Assembly: GCA_964016885.1 (NCBI GenBank)
Contig: OZ024741.1
Span: forward strand, 167,772,001-167,836,000
Direction of reading: 5' to 3'
Length of the DNA: 64,000 nucleotides
DNA from: Eledone cirrhosa
Lineage: Eukaryota
Shown here: positions 25,590 through 38,825 of the stretch, piece after piece
Position numbering within the stretch: the first letter of the stretch is position 1
How the letters are laid out: each line of letters opens with the position of its first letter
The notes under the pieces: generated by a model
Database searches by the model: none
Seen by the model: only the letters and a program-made list of their open reading frames with translations
What the model was told of the DNA's origin: nothing
Program-made: the position numbers and the translations under genes

Positions 25590-27070
25590 GACCAGGTAAC
25601 ACAAACTATCTACTACTTCTACAGAGTCCTTTGGGTATTTGAAGGAGATAGTATCCTGTGAACATTGCTACTTACTGCACCTGCACATCGGCCACATATA
25701 AAACTTATGTTCTTTGCTAGCCTGCCTGAGTCTCACTACATCTCTTGTGTACCCATAGTTTGTATTTGAGACATAGGATGGAATTTCTATCTATTCCTTT
25801 CCTGCACACTGAGCAAAGCCATTTCCTTGAAGGAATCTGGGTCCTGTTTTTCATTCTACATTTTAGGACTTTGGTCTTTGACAAGTTAACTTTAAAACCT
25901 TTTGATTTAGGCCATCCTTCCAGTTTGGGAATTTCTTTTTCTAATTTTACCATCGATTCAGATATAAGGGTTAGATCATCTGCAAACAGAAGTTCCCTTC
26001 AGCAGCCAGCCTTAAACTCTTCTGTTATAGCTTGCAGGAGAGGGCTAAGAGTAGAGCCTTGATGGATATCAACCTTCATGCTAAATTCTAACCTTACTGA
26101 ATATTCCTCTATAGATGGATTGTATTGCCCTCACAAGCCACTTTTGTACTCTTAGTTTTCTAAGAACCCACCAGAGGACTCTTTCAGAAGCTTTCTCAAG
26201 GTTCATAAATACCAAGTAGAGGGATTTACTTTTAGTTACTTTTGCAATTGGCTCACAAGGAAGAGGACATCTGTGATACTTTTACCTGGTACAAATCCAA
26301 ACTGCACCTCATTTAGGTTAAGTCGATCCCTAATCAGCTGTACTATAACTCTTTTTGTGACCTTCATAATCTGGTCAACCAACTTAATGCCTCTGTAGTT
26401 TTCTCTGTCAAAAGCATCTCTTTTGCCCTTGTAGTTGTTGACGATGATGCTGCTATGCCATTCATTGGGTTTGACACCATTTTGTATTACTTGGCTTACA
26501 ATATGGGTGACTATAGAGTGACCCACTAACCTAGATATTTTCAGCATCTCGGCAACTATCCCCAAAGGTCTAGCTGCATTACTTGTCTTCATATCCTTAA
26601 TTGCCTTACTTACTATACTACTGCTGACTTGTACAGCCAGTCCCTCTGTTGGGTCAACTTGGGGCAAACTACCTTCTTCCCATGCATTCTCCTCATTCAG
26701 TAATCTTTCATAGTGGCACTTCTATTCTAACTTCTTTTCAGCGTCAGTGAAGGCAATTATCATCTTGAACACACTTCTCCACATCAACATTATGATTTAC
26801 CATGACATGCTACCTTGCAATCCTGAACACCTGACACCTTTGGTCCTCTTGCTGCAAAATATGCTTACATTTTTTATTTTCTGTTTCCCTACTTGCAAAA
26901 TAATCTCATCACCTATCTTCTGTTCTAGCATTCTGGTAGAGTTCTCTACTTCCTTCATTCTGCCATTCTTTCCATACCAGCTTTTGGCTTAATTGTCTCA
27001 TCCACCCTACTATTTTATCTACCTAGAGACCTGCTCCAACCACAGATTTTGTTTGTTACCTTCAGTAGGT
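25590..27070 (-). mobile_element. Degenerate RTE LINE RT fragment
   Basis: YKGKRDAFDRENYRGIKL, QFGFVPGKSITD, KVNLSKTKV, CSVCRKG...WVHKRC; many lesions. Confidence 0.88.
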
Positions 27071-27338
27071 TATCTTTCAGGAACTCTCACTGCTCCTCTA
27101 TATATGTCTCTATTTGCTCCTCTTTACTGTCAAAAGCATCAAGCAACAATATGCTTTGACGTATGTAGCTATGGCCCTTTACGTACTGAGTTCAAATCCT
27201 GCTGAGGTTAGCTTTGCCTTTTGACCTTAAGGGGTTGATAAAATAAAGTACCAGTCACACACTGGGGTCAATTTAATTTACTTTTTCCCCCCACAAAATT
27301 GTTGGCCTTGTGCCCAAATCAGAAACCATTATTATGGA

Positions 27339-27530
27339 TTGGCAGTATCGGTAGAGGGTCGGATGCCATGCTTTCCTGCATAGTTACGTCCCTTAACGAT
27401 CTGAGATCAAATCCCGCTGAGGTTAACTTTGCCTTTCATCCTTCCGGGGTCGATAGAATAAAGTACCAGTAATGCACTGGGGAATTTGCTGGCCTTGTGC
27501 CAAAAAGTAGAAACAATTATTATTATTAAT
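27339..27530 (+). mobile_element. SINE family B (preceded by another copy at ~27120-27335)
   Basis: TTGGCAGTATCGGTAGAG head, GCCTTTCATCCTTCCGGGGTCGATA core, (ATT)n tail; further copies at 30384-30563 (-), 35995-36170 (+), 45465-45575, 47845-48040 and 57572-57650. Confidence 0.82.
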
Positions 27531-28170
27531 ATATATACATACATATACACACATACACACACTCTCAAAGATTCAATCAGCACGTTTATAGAGATATGAA
27601 AGCCATCACTGACTGGTTTAAGAGTAAATCTTTCTCTTGCTCTCATCTTCAGTTTTTCTGTAGTGGCTATAAGGAAAAAAAAACTACAACAAATACTAAA
27701 CAGATTATAAAAGAGAAAGAAAGAGATAGAGAGATACTCTCGTCTTATCCAAGTCAGAAATTGGATTTACTCGATGTTAATGCGTTGAGAAGCTTCTAGA
27801 TTTATTTGACTTGGTTTTAGTGCAGTAACAATAAAAATTTTCTCTTGCATAATCCCAATCCCAATGACATAAAGCCAATATTTCTTCTCTCTTCCTCTCC
27901 CTCTCTCTCTCTGAATTCTTTAACTTTTTACTCCACCCCCCTCTCTCTCCCACTCTCATTCTCCCCAAACTCTCTCCAAAACTTCTTTAAGTTCTCTACC
28001 TCCCCCTCTTTCTGAAACTTTTAACTCACTCTCTTACTCTTCCATTTCTCTCTCTCTAAACTTTTAACTCCTTTCTCTCTCTATCTTTATTTAGAAAAGT
28101 GTATACACACATGTGCATATAAATAGAGACATAAACACGCACATAAATATAACACACACACACATACACA

Positions 28171-28210
<40 letters not shown>

Positions 28211-28211
<1 letters not shown>

Positions 28212-28384
28212 TGCCATGACTGAATTTTAACCATCAACATAGTCAAGGTATGTCAAGCATCAACTTATTTTATCTGATGAGGACGTACTGTTGAAAATAG
28301 CTCAGTACCTCTGAAATATTGAAATATGTATAATAAAATATACTTGATCACATGAATGTCTATATTTGTTAATATTTCGAATTA

Positions 28385-28388
<4 letters not shown>
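28211..28388 (+). mobile_element. Second copy of hammerhead element H1 (ribozyme motif 28267-28339)
   Basis: ATTTTAT-CTGATGA-GGACGTACTG..CAGTACCTCT-GAAATAT (duplicated)..ATAAAAT; bounded by (TA)n on both sides. Confidence 0.75.
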
Positions 28389-28419
<31 letters not shown>

Positions 28420-28991
28420 TATATATATATATAAATACACACACACACACACACATATATAGATATATATATATACACACATATATATATATATATACAC
28501 ACAAATATATATATAGTACATATATATGTACAGTCACTTGTATCTGTACACATACCCATGTGAAAATAAATATGCGCAAGTAAACTAACACTCCATACAC
28601 ACATTTACACAATTATTGTGGGGTTAATGTGTGGTGGCTGGTGAGTGGAGAGTAATGAATCGTATATGCATATGTCTCTCTCTATATATATATGTCTATA
28701 TATATATATATATGTATACACACACACACATATATATGTATATGTATATAAATGTGGTTGGTGTTAGGAAGGGCATCCAGCTGTAGAAAACCTGCCAGAC
28801 AGTCCTATGCGAGCAAGACAATCACTCTTGCCTCAAGTGGGAAAACTCCCGTCCAAACCCATGCAAGCGTGGAACATGGACGTTAAACGATGATGATGAT
28901 GATGATGATGATGATATGAACACTTACACACACATTATCATCCTCGTCATTGTTTAATATCCGTTTCTTGTGCTGGAATATATATATAATG

Positions 28992-29030
<39 letters not shown>

Positions 29031-29054
29031 ATATATATATATATATTATACATA

Positions 29055-29086
<32 letters not shown>

Positions 29087-29743
29087 CATGCACATATTAT
29101 CATTATCATGAAGTTGGATGGTGTATGTTGGAGTTATATTTTTCTATTTGTATTATCTCTGCCTGCTGTCTTAATGTATTGAAGTCTATCGACACTTGCT
29201 GTTTCATTCTTAATTTTCAAAAGTCTAAAGCACAGAGGTGTGGAGGGGAGAAGGGGGGGGGAGGTTATTTTCCGTACCTAACTCTATTATAATGGAGAAA
29301 GTCAACTAAGTGTCGGAAATTGAAACAATCATGTCCGTCCTAGTAACCAATTATATTGCTTAGAATTCTAGACACGTTTCTCATAAGCTCTGCTGAATTC
29401 CACACTTAGATGTGTGTGTACCTACCTATCAACCTACATACCTACCAACCCACTGATCAACCTAGCTGTCTATCTGCCTTGTTACATATTTACCTACCTA
29501 TCTATCTACCTACCTATCTATCTACCAACCTGCCAACTGACTGGCTGGCTGATCAATCTACCTAACCATCTACCTCCCTCACTATCCCTAGTCCTACCCA
29601 CCAACCTTCCCATTTAAACACCAAGCAACCAGCCTACCTATCTACTGACTGACTGGCCTACCTATCTATTATGCTATATGTTAACTAACCTACCCACCAA
29701 CCTACCTATTTAACTACTTACCTACCAACCTATCTATCTATCT

Positions 29744-30316
29744 CAGCTACTGTCACATGTGGGATGCATCCAGTTGTCAGCCGAGTCCACCGTGAGGATC
29801 ACCCCACTGCATTCATTTAAGAATGAAGGAAAGGCAGTTTTCCTCTGTCTGGTGGCTATGGCGAAAGAGGTAATATGGTGGACGAGGTTAAAAGGAGTGA
29901 GGGCAAACACCTTTCTCTCCAGACAACAACTCATGCCCTTCTTTAAGTACCACTTCAGAAGAAAGGTGAGAGTGGAGAGAGAGGTGCTACACCCCAGTAA
30001 ATTCGCTGAAAGGTGGGTGAATGTGGCGAAAATGGCCCGAGTGAATGGGCCTTCTCTGTATATAAACCTGTAGGTTGAGGAAGATAAACAGAGGGAAGGT
30101 GGGAACACCTACAAAACGTGTTCCTGGTGTTGAGGGTTGTTCTATCCACGGGGTGTAAAACAACCCTGCAGTAACGTTCCGCACTACTGGGGATTTCGAT
30201 TGTTTTATTATATATAGTTTATTGTTATTCCTTATTGTTAAAGATTTTGTGTAAACCCTGCCGTCACGTCTTGTAATGTCCCATTTTTGTATGCCCCTGT
30301 GGCAAATAAAAAAATT
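29744..30316 (+). mobile_element. 3' fragment of a related Tx1 family
   Basis: GKAVFLCLVAMAKEVIWWTRLKG...ERWVNVAKMARV matches the ORF2 C-terminus at 14671-15000; AATAAA at 30305; TATCTATCTATCT on both flanks. Confidence 0.9.
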
Positions 30317-30348
30317 TATCTATCTATCTTTCTTTCTCTCTCTCTCTG

Positions 30349-30383
<35 letters not shown>

Positions 30384-30384
<1 letters not shown>

Positions 30385-30563
30385 ATTGTTTCCAGTTTTG
30401 GCACAAGGCCAGCAAATACCCAGTGCATTACTGGTACTTTATTTTATAGACCCCGCAAGGATGAAAGGCAAAGTTAACCTCGGCGGGATTTGAACTCAGA
30501 ATGGCAAGGGCCGTAACTCTATACGTCAAAGCATGGCGTCCGACCCTCTACCGATACTGCCAA
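30384..30563 (-). mobile_element. SINE family B
   Basis: Full head, core and tail on the minus strand. Confidence 0.82.
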
Positions 30564-30594
30564 TCAAGACTGCCTGCTCATTGAAACTTCAAAA

Positions 30595-30850
30595 TAAAAA
30601 ATGATCAGATGTTGTGTGTAGGAAAGGAAATTGCAGTGGTATGGACATGTGATGAATATGGAGGATGACAGCTGTATAAAAAGGTACAGGGCACTCAAAA
30701 TTGATGGAAACTATGGAAGAGGAAGACCTAGGAAAGCTTGGATTGAAGCAATAAAAGCTGATCTTGCACAATTAAATTCTTAAAGGAGATAACACAGAAT
30801 TAAGATCTCAGGTGATATGCTGTAATGCAGAAGACCTGCCGTCTCATGTG
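30595..30850 (+). mobile_element. RTE LINE 3' coding relic
   Basis: LQWYGHVMNMEDDSCIK...GRPRKAW. Confidence 0.75.
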
Positions 30851-31378
30851 CACAGAATGAAACAGACAAGTAGAGGACACTAGTCTGTACTAATATCTCT
30901 TGCTTTTCCCCATACATCCTCCCCAGTCTTTAATACTCACCCCCCCCCCCCCCCCCATCACTTGCTAAGTAACCCCTTCATACACAAGTATTTATTTCTC
31001 ACTCCCTCAAAAGAACCACCTTCACCACCCTGATACACCTCTCCTGTCCAACTGATGCATATAAATATGGAAAGCTAAACATGTTTCACATCAGCTCTCC
31101 CACAATGCTGCTGCCACAACAAAAAATATTTTGTCCACCCTGTAATGTGGGTGACATTAGGAAAGATACCTAGATGTAGAATCCAAACCATAAACAAATC
31201 TCTCTCTATATATATATGATGGACTCTCCTGCTGATTTTGATTTCTTTCCAGTTCAGTGTAAAGTGTTGATACTGGGAAGTTTCAGAGACAGAGATCAAG
31301 TAAATAGTTTTTAAATTCTGTTCAGTGTTGTCCTTGATTAAATTCAATTATTTTAACACTTTCCTTTCACAGGGTTTA

Positions 31379-32512
31379 TCTACTTATATATATAACCAGC
31401 AATTTCTCTGTCTGTCTGTCCGACAGTGGAAACACGTGCGTAGAGAGAGAGAGAGAGTGAAAGAAAGAGACAGACTACGAGAGGGGGATAGCGGGAGGGA
31501 GAGAGAGAGAGAGAGTGAATAGACGCTAAAACACGTGCTACAGAAACATTACCTTCCCCTATCCATCCACTGACTTTGGTCACTGAGGCTGAGGGAATCG
31601 CGCTGAGCGCGTCATAATGACGTAATGCAGACAGCCAGACATACAGACAGATATTATAAGGGCGCAACGTTATATCTATGTATCTATCTAAAGAGAAAGA
31701 CTAAGAATGATATAGAGAGAACGCTAAATCGCTTAATGCGGTCCCTAGGGCATTGAAAATTTGAAATAATTTTGCTCAAAACACTCACAGTACCATAAGT
31801 ATTACATGTCTAAAGTTTGAAAACAATCGGTTGGATGGTTCTCAAGTTTTAGTGAGCTGACAGACAGACAGACATTCTCTGTTTTAGATATATAGAATAG
31901 CAGAAAACCGCCCATCGGGTGGTTTTCTGCTAGTCTATATATATAAAACTGAGGATGTCTGTCTGTGTGTGTGTGTGAGTTTGAATCCCTAAAACTAGAG
32001 ACGCAGCCAACCAACTGTTTTCAAAATTTACACATGTAATACTTATGTTCCAGGGAGTGTTCTGAGCAAACAAAATTTTTAATTTTCAATGCCCTATGGT
32101 CTGGATTAGGCGATTTAGCGATCTTTCTCTATAATTCTTAGTCTTTCTCTTTTTAGATAGATACATACATATAACGTCGCACCCTTAAAATATCTGTCTG
32201 TATGTCTGGCTTTCTGCATTACATCACTTCCTACAATTCGCTCTGCGTCCAGACGCACCCTTATAATATCTGCCTGTATGTCTGCTGCCTCCGGTTATTC
32301 TGCCACCCTTGCTCAAGACAAATCTCACACTCATTCCCCAAACAGTTGGTAAGTGCACTTCTTCCTCACATTTTAAGCCACATTGTTGCTTACTTACGTA
32401 CCACCAGACCCTTACTTCTTTGCCAGCCGTGGTTTTGCAATACTAAGCTTAGCTAAGGTGTTTATATATTTCGCAATACCTTATCCCGTGCAACGCCGGG
32501 TACCACTGCTAG
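31379..32512 (+). mobile_element. Non-autonomous Helitron-like composite with internal palindrome
   Basis: 5' A|TC at 31379; hairpin + CTAG at 31898-31933; second 5' end TCTATATATATAAAA at 31934; 3' hairpin CCCG..CGGG then CTAG|T at 32509-32513. Confidence 0.75.
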
Positions 32513-32924
32513 TACTTAATAAAACCCAAATTGTAGTTTATCAGAATTCTTCAAAATTGTTCCAAAGCATAAAAATCTTGTGTATTTTCTTATTCTGAAA
32601 ACTTACTTTGAAAATTCTAATAATTTTCCCACCTTCGAGATTTTCTTGTAAAATATCTCTGCATCAGACTTAAACAGTTTGTTTTACTTCCGTGTACTGC
32701 ATGGGTTTTTCATGCACCTTATCATAAGGAAAATTCTTGACAAGAAACAATCTATGTGACTTCCACCAATTTATATTTACCCAATTTTACTCACAAGGCA
32801 TGGGTCAACCAAAGGCTATTGTAAATGAGACTTGCCCAAAATGTTACACAGATTGAACCCTGGACCAAATGATTGTGAACCAAACTTTTGGTCATGTTGC
32901 ATCTCTCTCTCTCTCTCCCTCTCC

Positions 32925-32963
<39 letters not shown>

Positions 32964-33141
32964 ATAGTAATAAACGGAACGTATATATTTTATATCATCT
33001 CTATTTATTTCATTATATATATTTCAAAGATGTATAACATAAAGAAAAACATGTCCTCCTCAGACAAAATACATAGAAGATGTAATATATTTTCATTATA
33101 TGCTGGTAGACAAACGAGCTGGATAGATCGGTGAACACCAA

Positions 33142-33188
<47 letters not shown>

Positions 33189-33191
<3 letters not shown>

Positions 33192-34076
33192 GGTGCGGAC
33201 GATATTTGTTCGCAAAATTACTGTCTAGGAAAAAATAACACATTATTTTTATTTTTTAAGATTTATTTATCAAACTTGGGTCAGTTTGTCTTCATGACTT
33301 GTTCTTTCGATCTCACTTGATAAACCTGCCATTGGCTTTGATGACGGCCTCAAGGCGGCCTCGGAACCAGCTACAGGCCTTCATCACTGTCCCCCGACTT
33401 AGGCCCCTAAAGGCACTTGTGATCCTGGCCTTCAGATCGTCTTTCGTATTGCAGCTAGATCTGTTGGTGTCTCATTCCACTGCGCCCTACACAAAAAAGT
33501 CAAGGGGGTTGTAGTCAGGCGAGCTGGGAGGCCAGATGTCAGGTGAAGTGTGGTCGACGAAGTTCTCTGACAGCCAGGCTTGGGTCTTTTGGCTGGTATG
33601 GCAGGGCGCTGAGTCTTGCTGCCACACGTACGGACTACCTGCAGCTACCTGGTCGATCCAGGGCTTTACTACCTCGCTCAGAAGGCGGATGTAGCCATCG
33701 GTGTTCAGCTTGAGGCCCTCAGGGAAGAAGCGAGGTGGCATGACGTCACCTTGACTACTGACGACACCTAAGACCAATGTTGTCGCTGGAAACTTTGTCT
33801 GCATGACTCTGGGCACGTCTTTGGATGAGACAGCGGGCCACCTGTTGTTCTGGGAGTTGATCTTCTGGTCTTATTTCTCCTCCTGGCGCGGATTCCAAGA
33901 AGAACTCCGTGTCTCTTCCACAAATTTGGAGGTTCAAAATTATTCATAATCAATTATTCTGAAAATAAATAATGGAAATATAGTCACTGTTTTATGAAGA
34001 CAAGAGTGACAATGGAAGTAAAAAAAATTTGCATAAAATTAGCAGCTGAAAATTGCGAACAAATATCGTCCGCACC

Positions 34077-34079
<3 letters not shown>
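33189..34079 (-). mobile_element. Internally deleted maT (DD37D) transposon, copy 2
   Basis: TIRs CAGGGTGCGGACGATATTTGTTCGCAA with TA flanks; ORF 33487-33816. Confidence 0.93.
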
Positions 34080-34159
<80 letters not shown>

Positions 34160-34162
<3 letters not shown>

Positions 34163-34504
34163 CGGATGGTAGCTGAGATGCTTCCATAGGCGGTATGCCG
34201 GTTGAGCACTCTATGCTCTTACAGAGCAGAGTATGATATAATATAAAACGAAAAATCAGTGATGCATCTGAACTCAATTTATTGTGTTACAATTGTTTCG
34301 CCGGCGGACAGCTCGAGACGCGATCATTGTGTGGATCTGTCTGATTCTGGACCCGCAGGTTCGACGGATACGTCTAATGATTTCGGAGCATATTCTCTAA
34401 CTGGGGTATCTGACCCTGTGGACCAGTACTGTCAAAAGTTCATCCTCTTTGCGCATCCAGTGATTGGCCGCTGGTTGCCTACGTCATCGTAAATACTGAC
34501 CACA
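34160..34504. mobile_element. Possible solo LTR or pLTR
   Basis: CpG-rich 345-bp island with TGT...ACA ends and minus-strand AATAAA near 34278; no TSD seen. Confidence 0.35.
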
Positions 34505-34787
34505 GGTATCATTGAGATGGAGACCGAGATCGTGTAGGTGTCACGACAAAAGAACACACAGTCCACGCTGTAATGTGGCCGTGTAGGTAACACGGTAACA
34601 AGTTCCCAGTCCCCACTGTAAATATGGTTGGAGTTAGGAAGGGCATCCAGCCGTAGAAAACCTGCCAGATAGTCCTATATGAGCGAGACACGGTCAACCG
34701 ACCAACCTTGCCTCAAATTCGGACAACTTCCGTCTAACCCATGCTAGCATGGAAGATGGACGTTAAACGATGTTGATGATGATGATG

Positions 34788-34830
<43 letters not shown>

Positions 34831-34894
34831 TCTTCGTTTTTGAATTTCTTTTTCAAGATTTCTTATCTGAAAACCTTCGTTGAAACAGATAACG

Positions 34895-35349
34895 TACTTT
34901 GCGAGGGTTATGCTGCCAATAAAAACACATGCACCTGTTTTCACTTCAATTATTACAAATTTCCAGTTGGTTGGTTTAATAACCAGATGGTTGTTTATTT
35001 ATTGTTAAAGCTCTTTCGTCACACATTCTATGACCTCCTCAATAACTAATTTATTATTTTGTGTCTCTCCTTTGTTCTGTCCTATAACATCTTGTTTTGG
35101 TGTGTTGTGTGTTGTGACACAACACGCAACATGCAAAAACAAGATGGTGTAGGACAGAACAAAGAAGAGACACAAAATAACAAATTAGTCACTGAGAAGG
35201 TCACAGAATATGTGATGAAAGAGCTTTGACAATCAACAAATAAAGAACCACCCAGTTATTAAACTAACTGACTGGACGTTTATAATAAATTGAAGTGAAA
35301 TCAAACAGGAGCATACATTTTTATTGACAGCAATAAACCTCCCAAAGTA
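34895..35349. repeat. Imperfect ~455-bp palindrome with hammerhead-like cores in both arms
   Basis: Arms meet near 35116; arm consensus GTCA-CTGAGGA-GGTCACA..TGTGAC-GAAA-GAGCTT-TGAC (35188-35230 and 35004-35046). Confidence 0.75.
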
Positions 35350-36431
35350 TATACATATGTATATATATATATGGTTTTACTATGTGCAGGGTACAGCACG
35401 GCCAACTGGCCAGACCCTCCTCATAATGGGATCACCTAGTTCCACACTGTAAATGAGGTTGGAGTTTGGAAAGGTATCCAGCAGCCGTAACAATCCCAGC
35501 TAACACGCAGGTCCCAATTTGTACTAGGTTCAACTGGCCTGACCTACCTCATTATGGGTCGACCTAACTTCCAAATATGGATCCGCTTATGAACACAGGT
35601 ATGGCGTAGCAAACTGGCAAGGCCTCTTTATAATGGGACCCCCTAGTCCAACACTGTAAACATGGTTGATATTAGGAAGGGCATCCAGCTGTAAAAGAAT
35701 GGGCAAAATACAATTCTGTTTGAGCAAGGTACAGCGTGGATAACTGGCCAGACCCTCTTCATAACAGTGCCATCCAATCCCACACTGTAAGCATTGTTAG
35801 TGTCAGGAGGGGCATCCAGCTGTAAAAAAACCCCACCAAAATGCAGTTTCATTCAAACAAGGTACGGCATGCTCAACTGGCCAGAATTGTCTCATAACGT
35901 AGGTGACCTGTCTGAACCATGCAAGCATGGAAAATAAAACCTTAAGTGGTGATGATGATGATGCATATATATATCATTATCATCATCGTTTAACAGTATT
36001 GGTAGAGGGTCGGACGCCATGCTTTGACGCATAGAGTTATGGCCCTTGCCATTCTGAGTTCAAATCTCGCCAAGGTTAACTTTGCCTTCCATCCTTACGG
36101 TGTCGATAAAATAAAGTACCTGTAATACACTGGGTAATTGTTGGCCTTGTGCCTAACGTAGAAACAATTATCATCATCGTTTAACATCCATCTTCCATGC
36201 TAGCATGGGTTGGACGGTTTTGTTCCATTTGATGCAGGAATGGTTGGGAGACGGAAGCATCTCTGGCAGGTTTTTTTTACAGCTGGATGCCCTTTTTAAC
36301 ACCAACCAGATTTACAGTGCGGACTGGGGGCCTTTTCATCGTGTCTCTTACACAGTCACCTTACAGTGTGGACTGTTGTGTCATCGACACAGTGGACGGA
36401 ACAGTAGAGGTAGGGTGGGTATATATATATA

Positions 36432-37313
36432 CAGGGTGCAGACGATATTTGTTCGCAATTTTCAACTACTAATGTTATGCAAATTTCTTTTACTTCCGTT
36501 GTCATTCTTTTCTTCATAAAAACAGTGACTATATTTCCATTATTTATTTTCAGAATATTATGAATAATTTTGAACCTCCAAATTTGTGGAAGAGACACAG
36601 AGTTCTTCTTGGAATCCGTGCCGGGAGGACAAATAAGACCAGAAGATCAACTCCCAGAACAACAGGTGGCGTGCTGTCTCATCTAAAGATGTGCCCAGAG
36701 TCATGCAAAGTTTCCAGCGACAATATTGGTCTTAGGTGTAGTCAGCAGTCAAGGTGACGTCATGCCACCTCACTTCTTCCCTGGGGGCCTCAAGCTGAAC
36801 ACCGATGGCTACATCTGCCTTCTGAGCAAGGTAGTAAAGCCCTGGATCGACCAGGTAGCTGCAGGAAGGCCGTACGTGTGGCAGCAAGACTCAGCACCCT
36901 GCCATACCAACCGAAAGACCCAAGCCTGGCTGTCAGAGAACTTCGTCGACCACACTTCACCTGAGATCTGGCCTCCCAGCTCGCCTGACTGCAACCCCCT
37001 TGACTTCTTTGTGTGGGGCGCAGTGGAATGAGACACCAACAGATCTAGCTGCAATACGAAAGACGATCTGAAGGCCAGGATCACAAGTGCCTTCAGGGGC
37101 CTAAGTCGAGGGACAGTGACGAAGGCCTGTAGCCAGTTCCGAGGCCACCTTGAGGCCGTCATCAAAGCCAATGGCGGGTTTATCAAGTGAGATCGAAAGA
37201 ACAAGTCATGAAGACAAACTGACCAAAGTTTGATAAATAAATCTTAAAAAATAAAAATAATGTGTTATTTTTTCCTAGACAGTAATCTTGCGAACACATA
37301 TCGTCCACACCTG
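36432..37313 (+). mobile_element. Internally deleted maT (DD37D) transposon, copy 3
   Basis: Same TIRs; ORF 36726-37031 WQQDSAPCH...WPPSSPDCNPLDFFVWG. Confidence 0.93.
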
Positions 37314-38825
37314 TATATACATTGTTAGACTTTGGGAGGGTCATGTTGCCAATAAAAAGACAGGCACCTGTTGTGTTTCACTTCAGTCAGGTTAATAGGG
37401 TGGTGAATTGGCAGAACTGTCAGAGCATCAGACAAAAAACTCTGACTGCTAAGGTCAACTTTGCCTTTTATCTTTGTAGAGTCGTTAAAATATAGTACAA
37501 GTATACTAACTTGGATTGATATAATCGACTTTTCTCTCCTCACGAACTGCTAGCTTTGTGCTTAAATTAGAAATCATTATTAGTTAGGCAAATAATCCAT
37601 TTGAATGTTCGTTTATGATCCTCCCAAACTATAACAATATCTATTTCAACACATGATTTCACATCAAGAAAAATCTTGTAAAACAAACTCAAAATTAAGT
37701 ATATATATATATATATGCCTGTGTGTGTACATGTAAGGTTATATTCCCAATTTACTTAGCTGACTTTATTGCTTTGCTCCAATACTGAATGTTAGTACAT
37801 GAAGAGATCAACTACCTGATCAATATCATGTCACTTGGATTCTAAATCTGTTTCTTTTGTTGCCAATCACGAACGCTAAATCCATCATTATTTGCCATTC
37901 TATTGATTTATGAACGTTGAACCATTTGCCAGGTGATTACCAGCCTTTCTCTGTATGTACTCTATGTTTAATCAGTGCTTAGCTGCTGATTACACAAATA
38001 CACTGAGCTGCCATTAAATGGCCATTCTTTATATCTGTTAGCGTTGGAACTCTGTTGATTCCAACACCAAGTGTTCCATTTTGATTCGATCAATGGAACA
38101 GCCTGTTTAGGAAATTAATGTGCAAGTGGTTCAGCATTCCACAGACAAGTGAACCCATAACATAGTTCTCAGGAAGATTCAGCATGACACATTGTGTGAC
38201 CTGGCTGGCTCTTTTCATTACATAGAAATGTATAGATTAACATAATTTTCAGGAAGATTCAGCACCTTTGAATTACAGGTGCAGCATATTTTCTCTAGCT
38301 GAGCAGACCAGAGTAACATAAAATAAAATGTCTTGCTCAAGGATGAAACATGCCACTGGGAATCGAACTCCTTAGCTCATGATCATTATCAAAATACTCT
38401 AACCACTAAGCCTCATAAGTAATAGATTGTATACCATAGTTTTAATGCTTACTGAAATGATAGTATGCCAAGTTGCCATCTGAAGAACTAACAGTTTGTA
38501 TCATACTAATAGTATTTCATCTCCTACTTTGGGCTAGCACTACCCTTAAGGTCAACAAAGCAGTCAGCTTGGGTGTATTACTGTGCCTTAGAGGATCAGA
38601 GTTTTACATAAACTTGTAGAAATTAAATGAAATATATAATAATTTCCTCCAATCAATAAATAAATGATTCAGCTAGAAAATAAATTCTTGATTTATGTAA
38701 AATTTATTTTGTTTGCAATTTTATCTATTTTATTGTTGTTGTTTCATGGTTTCGATAAAACAGAATGAGGATGGTGAGGAAGATGCACTGGAAAAGCCAA
38801 TCCAAGTTGTGAATCATGTTCTTTT

